A DNA stretch of 64,000 nt, from the NCBI RefSeq assembly GCF_006345805.1, contig NC_043006.1, forward strand, positions 39,742,001-39,806,000, written 5' to 3'. Below are positions 41,049-53,891 of this stretch, piece by piece (position 1 is the stretch's first letter; each line of letters begins with the position of its first letter). A program made the position numbers and the translations under genes. The stretch comes from Octopus sinensis (taxonomy: Eukaryota). Below the pieces are notes generated by a model. That model saw nothing but the letters and a program-made list of their open reading frames with translations, searched no databases and was not told the DNA's origin.

Positions 41049-41138
<90 letters not shown>

Positions 41139-41322
41139 CATAAATATACATATATGTGTATATTTGTATATATATATACACACACATACACTCGCACGCG
41201 CGCACACACAGATATCGATATAGATAGTCTTATATAGTTCTATATTTAAGAGATGAGGAATTATGTACATTATCTAGATTATTTAAATTTGACGGATATT
41301 TGTCCTCATCTTGTTTGTTGTT

Positions 41323-41368
41323 AACACAACGTTTTGGCTGATATACTCTCCAGCCTTCATCAGGTGTC
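41323..41368 (-). ncRNA. Minimal hammerhead motif (G12 mutated to A)
   Basis: GACAC-CTGATGA-A-GGCTG-gagagtatat-CAGCC-aAA-ACGT-T-GTGTT. Confidence 0.6.
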
Positions 41369-41450
41369 GTGGGGAAATTCCGAACCTGGGTTCTCATTCC
41401 TAATGTTCTCATGCCTTAGGAATGAGAACCCAGGTTCAAAATTTCCCCAA

Positions 41451-41496
41451 GACACCTGATGAAGGCTAGAGAGTATATCAGCCGAAACGTTTTGCT
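41451..41496 (+). ncRNA. Minimal hammerhead motif (intact core, damaged stem I)
   Basis: GACAC-CTGATGA-A-GGCT...AGCC-GAA-ACGT-T-ttgct. Confidence 0.65.
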
Positions 41497-41634
41497 AACA
41501 ACAAACAAGATGAGGACAAATATCCGTCAAATGTAAATAATGTAAGTAATGTAGAGTCTTATATGATCAGCCGTTTATATTTGAGTCTGAAGGATTGGCT
41601 GTAGGCACAAGACAGGATATATAAATCTGAAGAA

Positions 41635-41890
41635 TTACAAAAAAAAAAACAAGACAGGTGTATAAACAAGAAACAGATATATTAGTTTAACGCTTAGGAA
41701 GAGAGGAATTCTTTTACGTTTCGAGCCTACGCTCTTCGACAGAAAGGAACACAGAAATAAACAGGGAGAGAAAACAGAAAAAAGGTTTTGTGGCTAGCGA
41801 TCTATCATGGCGAATGCCGAACAGTGGGGTGACACAGGAGTGCTAAGAAGAAGGGGAGATAATAAAGTAGTGTTGATCCCAAAAAGAAGG
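41635..41890 (-). mobile_element. Penelope-like terminal fragment with hammerhead-like motif at 41711-41746
   Basis: CTTT-CTGTCGA-A-GAGC-gtag-GCTC-GAA-ACGT-A-AAAG; paralog at 51420-51600. Confidence 0.6.
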
Positions 41891-42147
41891 TGTGCGTGCG
41901 TGTGTATGTGAGTGTGTATGTGGAAGGGGGCTTGTGACATTGATGTATGCGTGTGTGCATGTGTAGGTGTGTGGATGATGATGTAGGTGCTGGGAAGTGG
42001 TCAGTGTTAGTGTGTGGGGGATGGTATGATGTGGTGTGGTGTGGTATGGAGTTGTGTGGTGTGGTGTGGTGTGTGTGGTGTGTCGTGTTTCCTTTCCGCA
42101 GCATAAAAATCTTAGTAGATCATATCTAAATACTATATACACAATGT

Positions 42148-42179
<32 letters not shown>

Positions 42180-42240
42180 CATACATATTGCAAAGTCTTT
42201 GTGATAACAGACAGGACAGTTCAAATCCGATACATTAAAC

Positions 42241-43735
42241 CAGAGGTCACCAAGCTACAGCCTGCGAGGTCAGTTCATCAGGCTCGTCGCCGAACTGCTA
42301 CTTTTGTGTAAATACCTGCATTGAGAGTTCATTCCTGTAGCGATTGTCTGTTAACTGTGTTTAAACATTCTCTTCGCGAAAATGTTTGTTGAAAAGGAAT
42401 CTGTCACTCGTTCAAGTTACAAGAGAGTGCTTAAGATAGCAGAACGAGTAAAACCGTTTACTGACGGCAACTTCACCAAAGAGTGTATGATGGAAGCAGC
42501 GAATGACTTGTGTCCTAAGAAAGTCGATTTGTTTGGAAATATCAAGTTCAATTGTGTGGAGAACAAAAGAACCTGGAGAGAAAATAGTGCTACAGATACG
42601 CGAGACAGATAGGAACTTCTTGTGGTATTCTCTGGCGCTGGATGAGTCTACTGATCTCTCGAGTGCGTCACAAATTCCTGCGTTCATTTGCTGTGCTAAT
42701 TTGGACTTTCAGATCACAGAAGAGTTGGCACCCATTTGCAGCACGCACAGAACAACTAGAGAAGTCATTTTTATGGAAGTTCAGAAAATTTCGCAAAGCT
42801 ATAACTTTTAATGGAATCATCTTCGATGTGTTACAGTTGATGAAAGAAAAAAAAACATGACCGGAGTGAGGAATTGTCTGGTGGGGATGATCGGGACTAA
42901 GTTGAAAGATCATAAATTCCCAGGTGCTCTGTTTGTACACTGCATAATACATCCACGAGTACATTGTGGAAAAGACTTGGACATTTCTTGCGTACTGAAA
43001 CCAATCGTTTCTGCGGTGAACTTCATTCGGAGTCATGCAGTTCAGGCTTTTCTTGAAGAAAGTTATTCTGAATTCTGTGAGTTGCCTTATCACACAGCAG
43101 TGAGGTGGCTGAGCTGCGGTAATGTCCTGTTTCGTTTTTATAAGCTCCGAAGAGAAATAGATATTCTTCTTACCGAAACGGATAGAGCTGATCCGATTCT
43201 GTCCCATCCTTCCTGGCTGTCGAAGTTGTCATTTTTGGTTGACATCACATCCAGCATGAATGAATTGGACTTGAAACTTCAGGGAAAATTTAACCTTATT
43301 TGTGATCTCTACAGAATCAACAAAGGATTTCGGAGAAAGCTATCATTATTTGAAACACAATTGCAAGGAGTAAACTTCTCATTTCCAGTGTTTCAAAGAG
43401 TTTCACGCTGCAGTCGCAGAAGATGGCAACCTCAATGTATGTGACTTAAATAAGCATTTTTTTGAGAGAAACGGCCGAACGGTTTTCAACAAATTTGGCA
43501 GAAATACTTAGTGTCTAAGACGTTTTAAACTTTGGTTTGGTTATCCTCAAACTTGGCTGACAGGAGAATCAAAATGTTTTGATCGTGCATTAAGGATTTA
43601 TGTGCACGCAGGGCATGCATTGTTTTGGCATGCTCTCAGCACAAGAGTCTATTAGTAGCACATAAAGACATGTAATATGTCTATTCAATATTATTTATCT
43701 CTCACCAGATGGAGTATTTTTTGGTTGATCTTACC

Positions 43736-43768
<33 letters not shown>

Positions 43769-43836
43769 ATATACATACATACATACATACATACATACAT
43801 ACATACACACATACATGCATACATACATATATATAT

Positions 43837-43873
<37 letters not shown>

Positions 43874-44629
43874 CACTTGGTTCGACCCTCATCTACATGT
43901 GTATAGATCATGGTATACCTAGGCACGTAGACACGTGAGGGAACATCCATACACACATACGTATATACATACATATTCAACTCTGTGTGTGTGTTTGCGT
44001 GTACAGTGATGAATTCGAAGGTTTCGTTTACAAGTTGATTCCTTAACTTCACTTGAGTATAAATACTTATAGTTTGATAATCAAAAACAAAACTTAATAA
44101 TTACTTTTAAAAATCGATCGTACAAATATTATTTGTATCTACAACGTTCAACAGAACGTTTGATTCACCAACATCATTGAAAGACGTTGAAAACACTTCT
44201 CAAATTTTATACAATATTTTCTATAAGTATTTCATTTTGTCCACTTTCTTTTTCATAATCATGATTATTATTTGAATAATCATTTAATGAGCAATATGAA
44301 AATTTTACTCATAAGCATTTGGCGCAGACTTCGATCAAGTCTACTTTTGGCTGTCATCTACTTAGGCTTCTAATATTCTTTTAATCAAACACAAAGCTTA
44401 ATTCAGTTCAGTTAAAAAGCATGGGTAAGCTACGCATTGTAAGCCGCATTATAATTTTGCGAAAAAAATATCTGCGCACAAGGTATGCATCGCCACTCCG
44501 ATGCCTTTTTTTTTACATTTTTTTTGTGTGTGTATTCACTGTATTGTATTGAACAAAATGGTTATGCGGCCGGCGTTCGTCATTCTCTCAATTATCTGAC
44601 CCGCCGTGAAAAAAGTTTGTTGACCCCTG
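42241..44629 (+). mobile_element. hAT transposon, Charlie/Buster (SPIN/GTF2IRD2-like), decayed
   Basis: TIRs CAGAGGTCACCAAGCT / CAGGGGTCAACAAACT(rc); 8-bp TSD CATTAAAC / CTTTAAAC with central TA; transposase motifs SLALDESTD, HCIIH, VRWLS, MNELDLKLQG. Confidence 0.88.
42382..43444 (+). pseudogene. hAT transposase remnant
   Basis: Frameshifted ORFs 42382-42612, 42503-42811 and 42857-43444. Confidence 0.85.
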
Positions 44630-46171
44630 CTTTAAACCACATTGAAGCCGACCGTTTTTCCAAGATCGCTGTGGACCATCATTAACATTCCATAATGTGC
44701 AAAATTCTTCCGCAATGAAATATCCATATGTTTTGTCTCATATAGCCTTCACAGTATACAGATAAGATACTTTGGGGTGTTGTACAACAGTACACCTCGC
44801 TCTTACATGCGATCGAAACATACGTGAGACAATTCACCGTCATTTCCTAATTATGTTAGGTGACTACGTTGCAGCAAGCAGGCATAAATACCATTTCTCG
44901 TCGCCTCTCTCTCGACCTGTTACACGCAACCTAGCCGAACATACGAGATGTGGCATTTGGAGAGGGAAGAGAACAGCATCAGCACTCGGGCTGTCATTGC
45001 AATGATGTCATATCAATTACCTTACTCAAGGACAAAACGCGCAGCCAGATTTAAATGCAGGACCTTATGATCGCGAGCCATTAGGTGTTTCCCCATCACG
45101 GGATGTACTTCGATATGTTACTCCACTCTGCATCTAAATTCAATATATAGTGGAGACAGACAAAAGTAAGCCCAGCAACAGTTGGTGATAGTGTTAAAGG
45201 CGTATTCCTGCATTTTGGGATGTCGCCTGTAGCATGTACTCGCAACCTGGCATGTGCCACAACGAACTCTCCCGTAAACTGTATAGGGAAACATCGAATG
45301 AGTAACCACTGATGTTGCTAATGGCTTTTGGCGCTCTGGTTAAATAAAAATTCCTTATGTGCAATAGAAACAGAGAATTTGCATTTAGTATGATACCTGT
45401 ATTTTTATTTTAAACTAAGACTATTTCTGTTGCATATAACGTAGCTACTGACGGCGCCCAACATGACAATAATGTGCATGTAGCGTATATTATACACTTT
45501 TAAAAATCTAACGTGAAACCAGTCAAGAGCATTCGCATATTTTAAAATATAATTAAATTTCGATTAATTCTAATGTATTCTCTGTGCATTTTCAATTTGT
45601 TTTCTTACGCGCGCGCACAGACACATATATGCATGTATGTATGTAAGCATGTATGTATTATGTTTCTATGTATGATTGCTACGTTGATAAGTATCCCTTC
45701 TTTCTAGGAATGCAGTTGTCTTTCTCTTTTACTGCATGTCAACCGCTTTCTTTTACTTTCCTACCTCATTCTTTCATACATTACCAGGTTCTTCTCTCAG
45801 CGATCCCTCTCTTACTCATTCACCTTTGCCCCACTCTTTCTCTCTCTCATTCATTCTTTATTTATTCCTTCACCTTTCTCATTAATTTCCTTTCAATTAA
45901 GTGTATTTGTTTCTAGTTTAAATACGTTTTATTGTAATAAATGGAAAGTTTAAATGACGTCATAGAATATTTTCTAGGGGAAGAGAAAGAGGGACAGAGA
46001 GGTAGAAAGGAGGTAAGAGGAAGATTGATTAACAGAAAGAGAGAGGTGAAAGGATACACTAGTAAGCGAGAGAGTAGAAAATGTAGACTTGACAAAGATT
46101 TAAGAAAAAGTATAGAGGGAGTAAAATGGAGCAAAAAGAAGAAAGATGTGTTGATGACTTACAAATAGAGA

Positions 46172-46228
<57 letters not shown>

Positions 46229-47020
46229 GCGGGTAGAAATGGAGTGAGAGATGCAGGGCAAGTAAGCTCGTGAGCGATAGATTAATATATGCAAAAACTG
46301 AAAAAAGATGCATCGACATAAAACTCATTTTATTTCAAGATTTTCATTGCGGAAGAATTTTACACATTATGGAATGTTAATGATGGTCCACAGAGATTTT
46401 GGAAAAACGGTCGGCTTCATTGTGTAGTGAATATCAATAACCTGAATTCATAAATAAATATAAATTAATCAATCATCTTTGCGATCGTTTATCTGTATTC
46501 AGTATACTTCCTGGTTTATAAATTACAAACATTTATCTCCCTTGATATTCCCTCTTCAATGACTGAACATCAAAAATTGTGCTATCACTAATGATTGCGA
46601 GGTTGTATAGGTGTTTAAACAATTTTTATCGTTCGTTTTAAAAGAATTTTTATCGTCTTGTACGAGTCATTAAAATTGATCGGTATACATGTTATAATTG
46701 TTGTTTCTAGTGTTCATAAACTGGTTGCACTTGTATCTGGTGTTATATTTCATTACATCAAGCATGTCAGCACTCAATTTCAGTATGTTATACAGATGGG
46801 GCCCAACAGCAATTACTATTTTCCATTAAGAAGTAGCGAGAATCGCCGCAGTTAGTTTGAAATTCTGATAGAGCAGGATAATGATAAAAATGTTCCAACC
46901 GTGACAATCACGCATTTTCGCATATCTAGAAATGCATTGCCCACTGTGACTTCTTTCTTTAAGACGGCAAGGAAATGGTTCTGAAAATTTTTTGAATTCT
47001 TGATGCAGTGGACATTAATT

Positions 47021-47413
47021 GTGAAGGCGCATGTCTCAGTGGTTAGAGTGTCGAGCTTACGATCGCGAGGTTGTGAGCTCGAATCCTGGACCGGCCAGAG
47101 TGTTGTGTTCTTGAGCAAAACACTTTATTTCATGTTGCTCCAGTTCACTCAGCTATAGAAATGAGTTGCGACGTCACAGGTGCCAGGCAGTAGCAGCCTT
47201 TGTCTTTCCCTTTCAGTGATATAATGATCGTATGGCTTCACTGTGATATAATGATCGTATGGCTTCACTGAAACATTAGTGGCGTGGAGAGGGGAGGCCG
47301 GTATGCATGGTCGACTGCTGGTCTTCCATAAACAACCTTGCCCGGACTTGTGCCTGGGAGGGTAACCTTCTAGGTACAATCCCATGGTCTGTGTCGTGAC
47401 CGAAGGGGGTCTC
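47021..47413 (+). mobile_element. SINE family C with alternative tail, carrying a small templated insertion
   Basis: Colinear with 11262-11600 except for the ~60-bp insert at 47211-47271. Confidence 0.8.
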
Positions 47414-47554
47414 AGGACAATAATTAAAAACCATCCCAGTGCACTTCGATTGATGATTTAAAAAGAAATAACTGTTTCAAAAATAAAAAAATGTATATAT
47501 ATATATTGGAAACCATGTCTTACCTTATTTTATTCATTATACTCGTGCTTCTTA

Positions 47555-47750
47555 AGGCGGCAAGCTGGTAAAACCGTTACTGCGCCGGAGAAAATGCTTA
47601 ATGTCTTTTTCTCCGCTTTTATGTTCTGAGTTCAAATCCCGTCGGGGACTACTATGCCTTTCACCCCCAGGGAATCGATAAAACTAGTACCCATTAAGTT
47701 TTGGGATCGATGTAATCGATTAGACTCTCCCCCATAATTTCAGCCCTTGC
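47555..47750 (+). mobile_element. Meta-domain SINE family D, decayed
   Basis: AGGCGGCAAGCTGG head; GTTCTGAGTTCAAATCCC. Confidence 0.7.
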
Positions 47751-49139
47751 TCTGTCATAATTTCGAGTACGTAGCGAGTCCCAAGTCTCGCTGTGCCTGC
47801 AAAATACGATTTTGATTTTTGTTTTGTATGGTAAGTAATACCTCCCAGTATTTTTAGTTCATCATTCTTCTAATATGTCCTCGAACTCGTTTAACTCTTA
47901 TTTCCTCCCATTTTGAACGGAAAGGATGAGATTTGAAGGCGATTTAACTACCATTTTTAGCTGACCAAGAGCCCTTTACATGGCATCATTTTCGCCTGGT
48001 GGTATCTCTTGTTTGATGGACATCGCTGGTTGGGTTTATAGTGCAATTAACTTCGATATCAGATTAAAATTGTTCATGGCTTTCTTAGTTCTGTTTAATG
48101 TCGATAGCCATAATATAGGTTAGTGTTGATCTGAATGCTGAAGCTGTTTCTGTTGTCGGCCTTGTTTACATTGAGAGGAACGCTACAGACAGACATGATT
48201 CAAACACTATTGCCAATACTCTTGGTTATTTTGAAGTTGGTGAAAGATTAAAGATGCTGTTGTTTATTTTATTATTATGGTGGCCGATCTTGTTAGTTAT
48301 CTTTAACTTGGTGAAAGTTTAAGGATGCTGGTAGTTGATGCGTTGCTAGCAATGTATCTGTTCTTATTGTTATTTTTATTGACTGGTGGCGGCGACTGTG
48401 GTGGTGGTGGTGGTGTCGGTGATGAAATTGGTGTCGGTGGCGTTTGGGTTTAGTCGTTGAAGTAGATGATATTATTATTTGTGCTCGTTTCTGTGTCGGC
48501 ACCACGTGAAGACTATGTTTTCATGGCGGCAGCTCGGTAAAAATGAACGGCGAAAACATAGTTGTTATTCATATCGTTACTGCAGTCGTTGTTGTTGTTG
48601 CTGTTGCTGTTGTTGTTGTTAATGGTGCTGGTGATATCGTTGATAGTGCTATTGCTAGCAATATAAAACGAAGACAAGATAAAAGAACCATATAAGATTA
48701 TTGACTGTTACGATAACGTAAAAATCACGTGAAAGTAAGAAAAAAGTAAAGAAGACTGATAATAAAAATACCAAAAAAATAAGGCAAACATTAAAATAAA
48801 GTCGACTAGAATTCAAATCTCTTCTACTGATATAATGATCGTATGGCTTCACTGAAAGGTTTTGATAGTATCAAGGCCTAAAATCATCCAGATCGTTTTA
48901 TATCACGAGGAAATGTAAAATGTTTGCAGTGACTGCTTTCTAGTGGCGGATTTGCTGTTGATGATAAAAATGAAAAAAAAACCAAAAAAAAAAAAACCAG
49001 AAAGACGAGTCTTGAGTTGTCTAACTTAACGCCTGCTCTTAGTTGATGGTTCATTTTATAGGGATAAAATATACAATCACACATACACACATACGCACAC
49101 ACACCCATACATGTATGTATAAATATATGTATATATATA

Positions 49140-49170
<31 letters not shown>

Positions 49171-49212
49171 GGTATATATATTTCTTCTTCTTCTTCTTCT
49201 TCTTCTTCTTCT

Positions 49213-49260
<48 letters not shown>

Positions 49261-49619
49261 TATAGATAGATAGATAGATTGATAGATAGAGCCAAACGCC
49301 TGTGTGTAAACGAAGTGTCAGGATAATACAACGAGATCAAAATGCAAAGCACCAAAATTTCTACAGAATTCACAGTAACACCGATAAAGGCAAGAGTTGC
49401 AAAGCTAACGATGGGAACTACCAGAGTGACAATAACAACAACAACAGCAGCAGCAAAGAAGGCAATGGACTTTAAAAGTAATCACAATTAAAGCAACCAT
49501 TTCCTACTTTTATAAAAAAAAAATGTATTATCGGCACACTCTACCGAAACAACAAACCTTTCAACAACATATGCCTGTATCACTAACAAAATATTATCGG
49601 ATCCTGTAACATAACGTGA

Positions 49620-49812
49620 TGGAAGCGCCTGGCTTAGGGGTTGGGATCGTAAGGTTGCAGTTTCGATTTCTGGACCGGGCGTTCACGTTGCTCCAGTTCA
49701 CTCAGCTGACAAAATGAGTTATCCTTCAATGGACTGGCGTCCCATCCACGTGGCGAATATATGTGCCACGGAAACCGGGAAACTGGCCTTATGAGTCTAT
49801 ATGACTCGAGAT
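49620..49812 (+). mobile_element. Decayed SINE: family C core plus V-like tail
   Basis: TTCACGTTGCTCCAGTTCACTCAGCTG followed by ATGGACTGGCGTCCCATCC...GAAACCGGGAAAC, as in the 1405 copy's tail. Confidence 0.6.
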
Positions 49813-51037
49813 TATCCTTTATCCGTTACCATTATAACATAATGGACTCGAATTTCATCAAAAACAAAAGCTAATTAGATATTTCAGGAAAATACTCTCG
49901 ACATTTTCGAAATTATGTATTAGATTAATGACAGTTCACATCAACAGATTTCAAAGTTCATTTAACGCTATACTTCTAGCGTTTAAGATCTATATTGATG
50001 AATCAAAATGACCAAAAATATATGCTATAATTCTCTCCACTGAAGGTGGTCAGCCTGTATCTTGCAAGAGAGTCGTCACTGCATTGATTTGTACAAGGGC
50101 ATGAAAAGTCTACTCAGCTCGACAATTTAATATTTCTATTATCGTTTTGTGTTTCTTTTATGTTTCAGAAACCCATAGATTGTTAATGCTGTTTGTAACG
50201 AAGCTTTTTAGTGTGTCATATAATAACGTCTCACATTTATTGTCTTCTGCTATTCATCAATGGCTTCTCTTTAACTCATAAAAGAACGTTTTATCGGTAG
50301 GATTATTAAAGATAATCAAAAACCCTTATGTGTGTCTCTATACAACTCACGTTTTACGGTTGCAATAAATTTAATAATTTTTTTTCTGTAGCTCATTTCT
50401 TACAGAAGCGGATCTTGATAAAGAGTGGTTACTCAATAATCTTATCATATACGAAATATGTTTCCATCGATCTTTGGTAAAAAGAATAACAAAACAGCAA
50501 TTCATTTTATCGTTCCAAGTATGCTAATAGGAAACTACCCCCACCCTATATCGTCAAGTTGTTATGGAATATTCAAGTCATTATCGAAAAATCATACAAA
50601 GACACTTTTCTTCTTCAAAGTCTTCAAGAATATGGCTTTGTTTTTTTTTGTTTTTTTCATATCTTATATAGAAATAATTTACATTCTTGTCACAGTCGAG
50701 AGCCAGCATCGTGGAATAAAAGTAATCTACAAATAGGATTGCATAAGAAGTTCTCTACGGAATTACACGATTCCACTGTACATCCCCTTGACCAAATGTC
50801 ATCTACTATAGGTTATCGTCCTCGTTGACCAATGAGTTGTGAGTGACATTTGACATTAATGTATGTGTGTGTATGTGAATATATGTATGTTTGTGGGTGT
50901 ATAATGTGTGTAGGAATGTAACGTATGTATATATATATGTGAGTGCGTATGTGTATACATTGTGTGTATATATATATATATATATATATACATACATATA
51001 TACATACACACACATACGCATATATAGATATATACAT

Positions 51038-51068
<31 letters not shown>

Positions 51069-51069
51069 A

Positions 51070-51377
51070 GTGAAGGCGCGTGGCCTAGTGATTAAGGTAT
51101 TCGGCTCACGAATTCCCGGTGACGCGTTGTGTCCTTGAACAAGACACTTTATTTCACGTTGCTCCAGTCCACTCATCTGGCAAAAATGAGTAGTACCTGT
51201 ATTATTTCAAAGGGCCGGCCTTGTCGCACTCTGTGTCACGCTGAATCTCCCCGAGAACTACGTTAAGGGTACACGTGCCTGTGGAGTGCTCACCGCTTAC
51301 ACGTTAATTTCACGAGCAGGCTATTCCGTTGATCGGATCAACTGGAACTCTCGTCGTCGCAAGCGACGGAATGCCAG
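51070..51377 (+). mobile_element. SINE family C (same tail as 6306)
   Basis: Colinear with 6306-6629. Confidence 0.85.
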
Positions 51378-51419
51378 TTATTTGTTTATTTGTTTGTATG
51401 TATGTATGTATGTATGTAT

Positions 51420-51600
51420 AGTTGAAATTTACAGAAAAACAAAAGACGTAGACAGGTGTATAAACAATAAACAGTTGTATTTGTTTGACGATCGAGAAGG
51501 TGAGAAAGTCGTTTATGTATCGAGCCTTCGCTCTTCAACAGAAAGGAGCACGAGAAAATAAACAGAGAGAGAATAAAAAAAACTTTGGAGCTAGAGGACA
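51420..51600 (-). mobile_element. Penelope-like terminal fragment with decayed hammerhead-like motif (51510-51545)
   Basis: CTTT-CTGTTGA-A-GAGC-gaag-GCTC-GAtAC; paralog of 41635-41790. Confidence 0.5.
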
Positions 51601-52155
51601 TTGACTTGTACACCTACCATTTATCATGTTCTCACGTTCAAACTTGATTTGTCACACATTAGTAGTACATATGCGGTAATAGGTACATCATAAAAGGTGA
51701 TGAGCTGGCAGAACCGTCAACACATCGAGTAAAATACTTAGTGTCAATACGTCAGTCTGTATGTTCTGAAGCCAGCTTTTACTTTTTGCCCTTTCGGAGT
51801 GGATGAAATAAGTACCAGTTGAACATATCGATTTACCCTCTCCCCTAAAGTTGCAGGCATTGTGCCAAAACGTTTTAAACCATTATTTACATCATATTGT
51901 CCGTCCAAATCTTGAAATCATGATGGGGAATTTGTGGAAAGCCTTTGACTGACAAACGAAATACTGACAAGTGAGGGAAGCTCTCCCAGCATCCGGCCAT
52001 AACCAAATCACCAGTGATTCTGCATTTTTATTAATGCTTATCAGTGGCTCTCACTCGACGCCTAGAGTTAAACTCAAATCGCCTTATCAGTTTATAAGGT
52101 TAACGTATGTATGTATATATATATGTACATAACGTATGTATATAGATATATATAT

Positions 52156-53705
52156 ATTGCTTTTGTAATGAGCGACGCTTAAGTCGCAAATTATAAATAT
52201 AATCATTAAATTGTTGAATTTTTAAATCGTAAATTTTTAATCACTACAGCTACTAAACCCTATTATGTTTGTCTGTCCTTGTTCGTCCCCTCTTTGTAAT
52301 GCCTTCATGGCAAATACTTATGAAATAAAGGAGCTCGCTTACCTGTCAGGTAGTTAGACGTGTTTTTTTTTTGGCGGTGAGTCAAACGTTTTGTTGAACG
52401 TTGGATAATTTTTCTGTTGGAATTGTTAACTGTTTATTGTTGAACATTTTCGAACTGTTGAACATTGTTGAACTGTTAAACTTCGAAAATTTTTGTGCAT
52501 TTTTTACCGGTGACAGGAGAAAGATATTGTTTGTGTAAAGCCATTTTTGCAGTTGGGAATTGTTGAAATATTGAACTTGTTAAAGCCGTTGTAGGCTTTA
52601 TTGTCGTGCCTCGACCCCCAACGGAGTGGGATTTGAACTGTTATACTCATTAAGAGAAACAAATATTATAGGTTTCCCGTTTTTTGGGGATAATCAGTTT
52701 ATTGTTGTGAGAAAAATTTAATTTTAGCCGTTGTAGGCACCCCGCCCCTAGCGGAGATGAGATTTGAACAGTTGTCCTCGCTGTGAGGAAAAAACATTTA
52801 TAGGTTTTTCCCGTTTTTTGGGATACCGTATTTTTATTATTGTGTAAAAAATTTAATTTCGAACGTTGTAGGTTTTGTAGTTACGTCTCGTCCGCCAGCG
52901 GGGGTGGGATTTGAACTGTTGTCCTCGTTGAGAGGAAAAAAAGGTAAAAAATTATAGGTTTCCCGTTTTCTGAGATTAAATTGTGTATAAATTTATTTCG
53001 AACGAATAAGCCAAAAAAAAACAAAAAAAAAAAAAACAGAGAAAGCAAGGTGTCTACCTTGGTGGTCAAATGCTAGTCCTTCAGGGAAACTATGACACAT
53101 TGCATTTGTAATGAGCAACACTTAAGTCGAAAATTATAAATATAATCAATAAATTATTGTATTTTTAAATCGTAAATTTTTAATCGCTACAGCTACTATA
53201 CCCTTTTATGTTTGTCTGTCCTTCTTCGTCCTCTTTTTGGGATCTTTTCTGTTTGAACGGTAGTTTTTCTAGCGGTGTCATATGAAATTGTCACCCATAA
53301 TTATGACCCTAGTATCGATCTATTGCATTTCAATCTGTTGTAGGTTTAGTGTTAGGGTTGGTTAGGGTTAGGGCGGGAGGGTATCTTTTTTTCAGAAATG
53401 TAAATAAACCCAATCTGTTTCTTAAACGAGGGACATATCCATACGGTACATAATGTTTTCACCTCAATAGACGTCATTGATTGGGTAAAATTGCAGAAAT
53501 TGAAGAAAAAAAACAACAAATATCTTACAAACTATAGAATTTTCTCAATAAAGCCAAGAGAAAAAGATGTTTTATAAACACATTCTACCAGTATACGAAG
53601 TTTAAAAGTGTTTAGTTACGTGGAAATTATTTTTAAAAACTGCCGTTCAAACCGAAAAGATCCCTTTTTTGTAATGCCTTCATGGCAAATACTTATGAAA
53701 TAAAG
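52156..53705 (+). repeat. Composite: ~175-bp direct repeats (52156-52330; 53099-53238 + 53665-53705) around three ~140-bp tandem units
   Basis: Direct alignment by eye; units marked by CGTTGTAGG and GATTTGAAC at ~52587, 52729 and 52864. Confidence 0.75.
53239..53664. mobile_element. MITE, 426 bp, 30-bp TIRs
   Basis: GGGATCTTTTCTGTTTGAACGGTAGTTTTT / AAAAACTGCCGTTCAAACCGAAAAGATCCC (2 mismatches); T-runs on both flanks; empty site visible in the paralog at ~52290. Confidence 0.9.
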
Positions 53706-53855
53706 TAGTTTGCTTACCAACCACATGGTTCCAGTTTCAGTCCCACTGCATGGCACCTTGGGCAAGTGTCTTCTACTACAGCTTCGGGTCGTCTAAAAGC
53801 CGTGCTCCAGCACGGCTGTAGTCAAATGACTGAAACAAATAAAAGAGTAAAAGAG
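53703..53855 (+). mobile_element. SINE family A, lacking its first ~22 nt, with internal deletion
   Basis: AAGTAGTTTGCTTACCAACCACATGGTTCC...CACCTTGGGCAAGTGTC. Confidence 0.75.
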
Positions 53856-53860
53856 TGTGT

Positions 53861-53891
<31 letters not shown>

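Larger units (their letters stand above)
41236..41554. mobile_element. Penelope-like inverted-repeat insertion with 10-bp flanking direct repeat
   Basis: Arms ~41265-41403 / 41416-41553, 12-nt spacer; AGTCTTATAT at 41226-41235 and 41555-41564. Confidence 0.75.

Noticed and set aside
52163-52200. TAATGA-GCGAC-loop-GTCGC-AAATTATAA hammerhead-like pattern
   Set aside because: Several core positions are wrong and there is no stem I in either copy.
53340-53373. Interstitial telomere
   Set aside because: Only a few degenerate TTAGGG units, internal to a MITE.
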